NCBI GenBank assembly: GCA_038883435.1
Contig: JAVZMD010000002.1
Coordinates: 1-38,958, forward strand
Length of the DNA stretch: 38,958 nt
DNA from: Thermoproteota archaeon
GTDB lineage: Archaea > Thermoproteota > EX4484-205 > JAAOZP01
Reading direction: 5' to 3'
This document shows, piece after piece, positions 34,614-38,958 of the stretch (the stretch's first letter is position 1; every line of letters starts with the position of its first letter). The translations under genes and the position numbers were made by a program. The notes under the pieces were generated by a model. It saw only the letters and a list, made by a program, of their open reading frames with translations. It ran no database searches and had not been told where the DNA came from.

Positions 34614-35384
34614 ATGTGTTTCTATAGTGGTTTGAACAGAGCTTCAAAATATAAGCTTATCAAAGGAGAACCAGCCCTCCTCTCAGGAGACACGTTAGTA
34701 ATTGCAGACCTGCATATAGGTTATGAGGGAGAGATAAGGCTCAGGGGAATAGCTTTCCCAAGCCTTACTGAAAAAATGCTAGATAGGATTTTAAACCTAA
34801 TTAAGAAAAATTCCGCTAGAAGACTAATAATACTAGGGGATTTGAAGCATACGGTCTATGGTCCGAGAGGACTAGAGTGGAAGGAAATACCTGTTTTCAT
34901 GAAGAAGATAACCGATGAATTAGACTGGGTGGGAGTTGTTCCTGGGAATCACGATGGAGACCTCTATGCTGTACTCCCTGATGGCGTTGAATTAATCGAC
35001 CCAGACGGTATTGTTTTTAACGATATTCTCTTCACCCATGGTCATAAGAGGATCGATAATATACTGGAGAGGAGGCTTAGGGAAGGAAGCGTTATTAAGA
35101 CTGTTGTAGTTGGGCATTTTCACCCTGCTGTCGAACTAATTGACGACCTTGGCTACAGGTATACCGTACCGGTTTGGGTTAAAGGTACTGTTAATAGAGA
35201 CATTGAGATAATACTGATGCCTGCTTTCAATGAAAATATTGGAAAGCTTGCCATAAACAATCCTGAGAAACTTTCAGAAGAATTAAGGGGCTTTCTTAAA
35301 ACAGGTTTGATAAACATCAGTGAGGCTGAGGCCTATAGCCTAGACCTAGTTCTAATCGGCAAAATTGGCGACATAGTAGTTTAG
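34614..35384 (+). CDS. Calcineurin-like metallophosphoesterase (ICC/COG1407-like)
   Basis: Motifs ADLHIG, GDLKH, GNHD, THGH and GHFHP. I prefer the ATG at 34614 over the track start at 34560, which lies antisense inside the SWIM gene. Confidence 0.8.
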   Translation: MCFYSGLNRASKYKLIKGEPALLSGDTLVIADLHIGYEGEIRLRGIAFPSLTEKMLDRILNLIKKNSARRLIILGDLKHTVYGPRGLEWKEIPVFMKKITDELDWVGVVPGNHDGDLYAVLPDGVELIDPDGIVFNDILFTHGHKRIDNILERRLREGSVIKTVVVGHFHPAVELIDDLGYRYTVPVWVKGTVNRDIEIILMPAFNENIGKLAINNPEKLSEELRGFLKTGLINISEAEAYSLDLVLIGKIGDIVV

Positions 35385-36823
35385 GTCTTTAGTCTCTCGG
35401 AAACGACTTGGCCAACGTAGAGTCCTGAGGCAGCAGCCTGTGATAGGCCTCTTGTAATGCCAGCGCCATCTCCTATTGCAAAAAGATTCTTTACATTAGT
35501 TTCACAATAATTGTTAACCTCCACTCTGCTTGAGTAGAATTTGGCTTCAACCCCATAGAGTAGAGTATCCTGCTTAGAGAAGATTCCAGGTAGCAGCTTA
35601 TCCATTGCTTTAAGCATTTCAACAATATTCGAGAGAATCCTATACGGCAGGATAAAACTCAAGTCTCCAGGAGTTGCGTCCGGTAAAGTTGGTGAGACTA
35701 GGCTTCTGCCTATACGCTCATGCGTAGACCTTCTCCCCTGAATAAGGTCTCCAAGTCTCTGAACAACAACCCCATTGGAAATAAGATTTGCAAGCTTGGC
35801 TATTGACAAACCGTATTCAATGGGCTCTTTAAACGGCTCGGTAAAATCGGTTGAAACAAGTATGGCGAAATTAGTGTTGTCTGTCTTATGGTCGTTATAG
35901 CTATGGCCGTTTACAGTCACTATGTTCTCAAAAAACTCCGTTAACACCTCCCCATGCGGGTTTACGCAGAATGTTCTAACGTTGTCATCAAACCTTTTAG
36001 AAACATACCTCAGCTTAGGCTCGTATAGGTCTCTGGTTATTTCTTCCATTACTTCCGCAGGAACCTCAACCCTAACTCCCAGATCAATAGGATTACGCTT
36101 CATAGGGATACGTAGCCTTGTAAATTCTCTTCTCAACCAGCTGGCTCCAGACCGGCCTGGGGCGACTATGACAACCCTGCTTAAGAAGGATTCACCATCC
36201 TTTGTCTTTACACCTTTTACTACGTTGTTTTCAACAATGAAGCTTTCAACCTCAGACATAACTTTTATCTCTACGTTCTTCTTTAACTCGTCCTTCATAC
36301 GACTCAATATGTTAAACGATAAGTCTGAACCCATGTGTCTAATGGGGTTTTTTTGAAGTTTCATACCGGCTAAGCTTGCTTTTCTTCTCCATTTCTCGAA
36401 AATATCCGAATCGTCACCATAGACTTCTCTCGGGGCACCGTATTTAAGGAATAATTCATCAGCCTTCTTTATGTATTGACGTGTCTTCTCTATGGAGATG
36501 ACTTGAGGAAGCCACCCTCCTATTTCATGGTCTAGAGTTATCTTCCCATCGGAGAAGGCTCCAGCACCACCCCAACCGCTATAAATATTGCACACATTAC
36601 ATCTGACACAGAGCTTATTAAGCCTCCTTGCAGGACAGCGCCTGTCAGTTATGTCATGTCCCTTTTCAAGCATAATTACCGACAGATTCTTATGATTCTC
36701 GATGAGGCTTAGAGCACAAAATATTCCCGCAGGACCTCCGCCAACTATTACAACATCATACAATATTCTTCCTTTTCCATAGTTTTCTTGAACGATGTTT
36801 TTAAGCATAGCGTTTTTTATCAT
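35381..36823 (-). CDS. FAD-dependent oxidoreductase-like protein (COG2509-type)
   Basis: N-terminal dinucleotide fold YDVVIVGGGPAGIFCAL and C-terminal LFAIGDGAGITRG. Confidence 0.75.
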   Translation of the reverse strand: MIKNAMLKNIVQENYGKGRILYDVVIVGGGPAGIFCALSLIENHKNLSVIMLEKGHDITDRRCPARRLNKLCVRCNVCNIYSGWGGAGAFSDGKITLDHEIGGWLPQVISIEKTRQYIKKADELFLKYGAPREVYGDDSDIFEKWRRKASLAGMKLQKNPIRHMGSDLSFNILSRMKDELKKNVEIKVMSEVESFIVENNVVKGVKTKDGESFLSRVVIVAPGRSGASWLRREFTRLRIPMKRNPIDLGVRVEVPAEVMEEITRDLYEPKLRYVSKRFDDNVRTFCVNPHGEVLTEFFENIVTVNGHSYNDHKTDNTNFAILVSTDFTEPFKEPIEYGLSIAKLANLISNGVVVQRLGDLIQGRRSTHERIGRSLVSPTLPDATPGDLSFILPYRILSNIVEMLKAMDKLLPGIFSKQDTLLYGVEAKFYSSRVEVNNYCETNVKNLFAIGDGAGITRGLSQAAASGLYVGQVVSERLKT

Positions 36824-36832
36824 TTAAACAGG

Positions 36833-37735
36833 ATGAAGAGAGTGGGAATAGTGGGATCTGGGAAAGTAGGATGCTCGGCAGCGCTTTTCCTACTTCCAGA
36901 AGCAGATGAGATCATTTTATACGATATTATTCCAGGCCTACCGATTGGAGAGGCCCTTGACCTTCAAAATGCTGCCGAAGCCCTTGACCTTAATGTTGAG
37001 GTAAAGGGAACGAATGACATTTCTCTTCTTAAAGGGTTGGACGTAGTTATTGTAACAGCAGGATTCGGCAGGACTGCAAGCATGAGCAGAATGGACCTTC
37101 TCAATAAGAACCTGCCTATAATAGAGGGAATAGCGAAAGAGTATAGCGGAGGCGACAGTAAGACTATTTTCATAATGGTCACTAATCCTGTGGATGTGCT
37201 AACATACGTATTCTGGAAGAAGAGCGGAGTAGAGAGGCAACGCGTAGCAGGCTTAAGCGGGGTCTTAGACTCGAGTCGTCTGAAAACAATACTTAGGATT
37301 GAAAAAAAGATTAGGGTGAGAGACTCTTCTCTTTTCGTACTTGGAGAACATGGAGACAATATGATAATCCCCAGTGAAAAAATTAGAAGGGAATATGGCT
37401 TTAGCGATGTCGAATTGGAAGGTCTTCGAGAACAAACAGTTAAAGCAGCAGCCAAGATAATAAGCATGAAAGGGGCTACTGTATACGGCCCAGGCGCAGC
37501 AGTGGCAAGAATGGTTAAAGCCGTCTTAACCGACAGGGGAGATATAATGCCGGCATCTGCAGTATTAGATGGCGAATACGGGATAAGGGATGTTTGCATA
37601 GGCGTTCCCGTAAAGATAGGAAGAAACGGGTTTAAAGTCGTTGAGGAAAAGCTCAGCGATGAAGAAGCGTCCATTTTGAAAAAAGCCGCTGAAAGCATCG
37701 TGATAGTCTTAGAGCAAATAGGATATAGGAAATAA
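36833..37735 (+). CDS. mdh: Malate dehydrogenase (LDH-like MDH family)
   Basis: MKRVGIVGSGKVG Rossmann start (Met-16 of the track ORF), VVIVTAGFGRTASMSRMDLL and VLGEHGDNMI catalytic-loop/His motifs. Confidence 0.85.
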   Translation: MKRVGIVGSGKVGCSAALFLLPEADEIILYDIIPGLPIGEALDLQNAAEALDLNVEVKGTNDISLLKGLDVVIVTAGFGRTASMSRMDLLNKNLPIIEGIAKEYSGGDSKTIFIMVTNPVDVLTYVFWKKSGVERQRVAGLSGVLDSSRLKTILRIEKKIRVRDSSLFVLGEHGDNMIIPSEKIRREYGFSDVELEGLREQTVKAAAKIISMKGATVYGPGAAVARMVKAVLTDRGDIMPASAVLDGEYGIRDVCIGVPVKIGRNGFKVVEEKLSDEEASILKKAAESIVIVLEQIGYRK

Positions 37736-37875
37736 AAATGGATTAAATACCACCAGAGCATACGGATGTTTCTGAACAGTGATAGACCATTCTAAATAGA
37801 TTTTTCGATTCATGCCAATACATTCTGTGAACAGGGTGTACTTATTTCTGGATTATCCACCGGTTTAAAAGAAAG

Positions 37876-37898
37876 TGGACCGGGTGGGACTCGAACCC
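37876..37898 (-). other. Orphan tRNA 3'-end fragment (T-loop plus 3' acceptor strand plus discriminator); candidate att-site scar
   Basis: The minus strand reads GGGTTCGAGTCCCACCCGGTCCA. The 5' strand needed for the T-stem (GTGGG) is replaced by AAGGG, and no D arm or anticodon arm can be assembled upstream. Confidence 0.55.
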
Positions 37899-37965
37899 TT
37901 AATTAATAGCCGATCCTGGCTAGACATGCTTGCTTAAATTCTATAATTAACTAAAAATAATCGCA

Positions 37966-38958
37966 TTGAAAAAGAGTAAATGTGGGTTTAACTGTGAAAA
38001 TTGTCCTTATTTTAGAAAGCTGTGTGCCGGTTGTGTGATCGAAACATGCTTAGTGGATCACTGTATCAAGGGTAAATCTTACAGCGGTATAACGCATCCG
38101 AGGAGTTTTTGCAGGCTTAGATCATACTGCCCAATCGGAGGGAGGGATAGACCTCCTCCCCTACCGATACCATCTGTAGAAATGAGGCAAATGGAAAGAG
38201 TGGATTTCTCTAGGTTTGTACCTGAGATCGACGTTACTGATGAAAGGTCTTGGCTCTGGAAAGAGGATGTTCAAATGCCAATGGTTTTCGTGCTGCTTTG
38301 GCAATTGCTTACCGATGAAAATATTTTATCCCAAGCATCTAGCAAAGGGCTTCATGATTATTTGGGTTTTGATGGAAAAATATTGCTGTCAACGGTTATG
38401 CCTGACGAGCTTATTGACAAACTGAAAACCAAAGATTACTTCAAACTGATTAACGACCTAAGGCCCGATGCTACGATGATCCCTGATAATTACACTTATA
38501 CCGATGCCCCGCTCTACCAGTCTTGGTCTCAAACCATACGCCTCATTTTCTTTGCAAAAGAATTTCTTAAGTTAGATGTCCCTCTAATCGGTTTAGTTAA
38601 AGGAGCCAATCTGCGCCAGATGGATTGGACAATTAGGAAACAGGTGGAGATGGGATACGTTTCCTTCGTGATGCCTGCGAGAGAGCTGTTCGAGGAGGAG
38701 AGACTGGACGAGTTTCTCCCATATATTTTACAAACCCTGAAAAGAAGCTATAAACGAAAAGCAGATTTCGAGCTCCTCCTCTACGGTATTGGTCAGAGGT
38801 TGGGGAGGTATAGAGACATTAGTTTTAGTAATCTTTCCTGGTTTCTAAGGGCAAAACACGGAGAATACTGCTGGGACGGCTTGTTCTATGATCTGAAGGA
38901 TCCAGTGATAAGGTTTGAGGAATGCTACTGCGAAGCATGTAGGGGAATGATGCCCCAG
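37966..38958 (+). CDS. Partial (3' end off-window) TGT/DpdA-superfamily-like protein with a Cys-rich N-terminal extension; absent from the ORF track
   Basis: 331 open codons from TTG 37966 to the window edge. N-terminus KCGFNCENCPYFRKLCAGCVIETCLVDHC. Later LLLYGIGQRLG and FSNLSWFLRAKHGEY blocks resemble TGT LFGAGHP / FDSASYALYAKDDRY. CYCEAC (38923-38940) matches the TGT Zn motif CxCxxC. Confidence 0.6.
   Translation, partial: MKKSKCGFNCENCPYFRKLCAGCVIETCLVDHCIKGKSYSGITHPRSFCRLRSYCPIGGRDRPPPLPIPSVEMRQMERVDFSRFVPEIDVTDERSWLWKEDVQMPMVFVLLWQLLTDENILSQASSKGLHDYLGFDGKILLSTVMPDELIDKLKTKDYFKLINDLRPDATMIPDNYTYTDAPLYQSWSQTIRLIFFAKEFLKLDVPLIGLVKGANLRQMDWTIRKQVEMGYVSFVMPARELFEEERLDEFLPYILQTLKRSYKRKADFELLLYGIGQRLGRYRDISFSNLSWFLRAKHGEYCWDGLFYDLKDPVIRFEECYCEACRGMMPQ

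Noticed and set aside
36964-37761. 265-aa ORF antisense to the mdh gene. Many similar antisense or overlapping track ORFs exist, for example 105..437, 1215..1637, 5526..5831, 16989..17306, 29094..29681, 31902..32249 and 35922..36356.
   Set aside because: Each lies opposite or out of frame within a gene with strong family motifs. Their translations are low-complexity (Ser/Leu/Pro/Thr-rich) with no recognisable motifs, so they are shadow ORFs.
37876-37916. Acceptor-stem plus T-arm 'minihelix' fold (GGATCGG pairing with CCGGTCC via one G-U pair) as a functional tRNA-like RNA or split-tRNA half
   Set aside because: The T-stem would have only 3 bp, there is no anticodon or D arm, and the 11-nt connector is pure A/T. 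An att-site remnant is the simpler explanation.
1-38958. CRISPR arrays, rRNA genes, IS transposases and integrases
   Set aside because: I found no regularly spaced direct repeats, no rRNA-like sequence, and no DDE, serine or tyrosine recombinase motifs in any long frame of this window.

Overview
Archaeal chromosomal window, about 39 kb. The archaeal assignment rests on the conserved r-protein/translation clusters: P1-uL10-uL1-uL11-Spt5-SecE-FtsY-PfdA-LX-aIF6-eL31-eL39-PDCD5-eS19, followed by Nep1. A histone gene, a PaREP1-family gene and intron-bearing tRNAs point more loosely to a Thermoproteota lineage, possibly Thermofilum-like; that lineage call is low confidence.

Core genes:
- a DtxR-FeoA-FeoB iron operon
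- ThiC and archease
- a permease/thioredoxin-fold pair
- IleRS
- an MtnA-like isomerase, a PfkB kinase, a bicupin, a CPBP protease and a class II aldolase
- a membrane-anchored GH10 xylanase
- MDH, an FAD protein, and a SWIM/metallophosphoesterase pair
- three tRNAs: Glu-UUC with an apparent D-loop intron, Leu-UAG, and Val-GAC with a canonical-position intron

Three accessory or scarred regions stand out.
1. 7.4-12.7 kb. Two inverted ~785-bp repeat arms each carry a paralogous 249-aa highly charged protein with a poly-Arg tail. One copy is preceded by, and overlaps, a 305-aa PD-(D/E)xK-motif protein. The arms bracket 3.7 kb of beta-helix/PKD surface-protein genes, and truncated genes sit at both inner junctions. 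This uncharacterised two-gene module is my best candidate for something new.
2. 24.1-26.6 kb. A gene-decay patch holding a frameshifted ABC ATPase, a PIN remnant, an intact PaREP1 gene, a frameshifted HsdR-N-like nuclease and broken unknown ORFs.
3. 37.88 kb to the window end. An orphan tRNA 3'-end fragment, possibly an att scar, is followed by a partial Cys-rich TGT/DpdA-like gene that the ORF track missed.

All family calls come from motif reading by eye. No searches were run.
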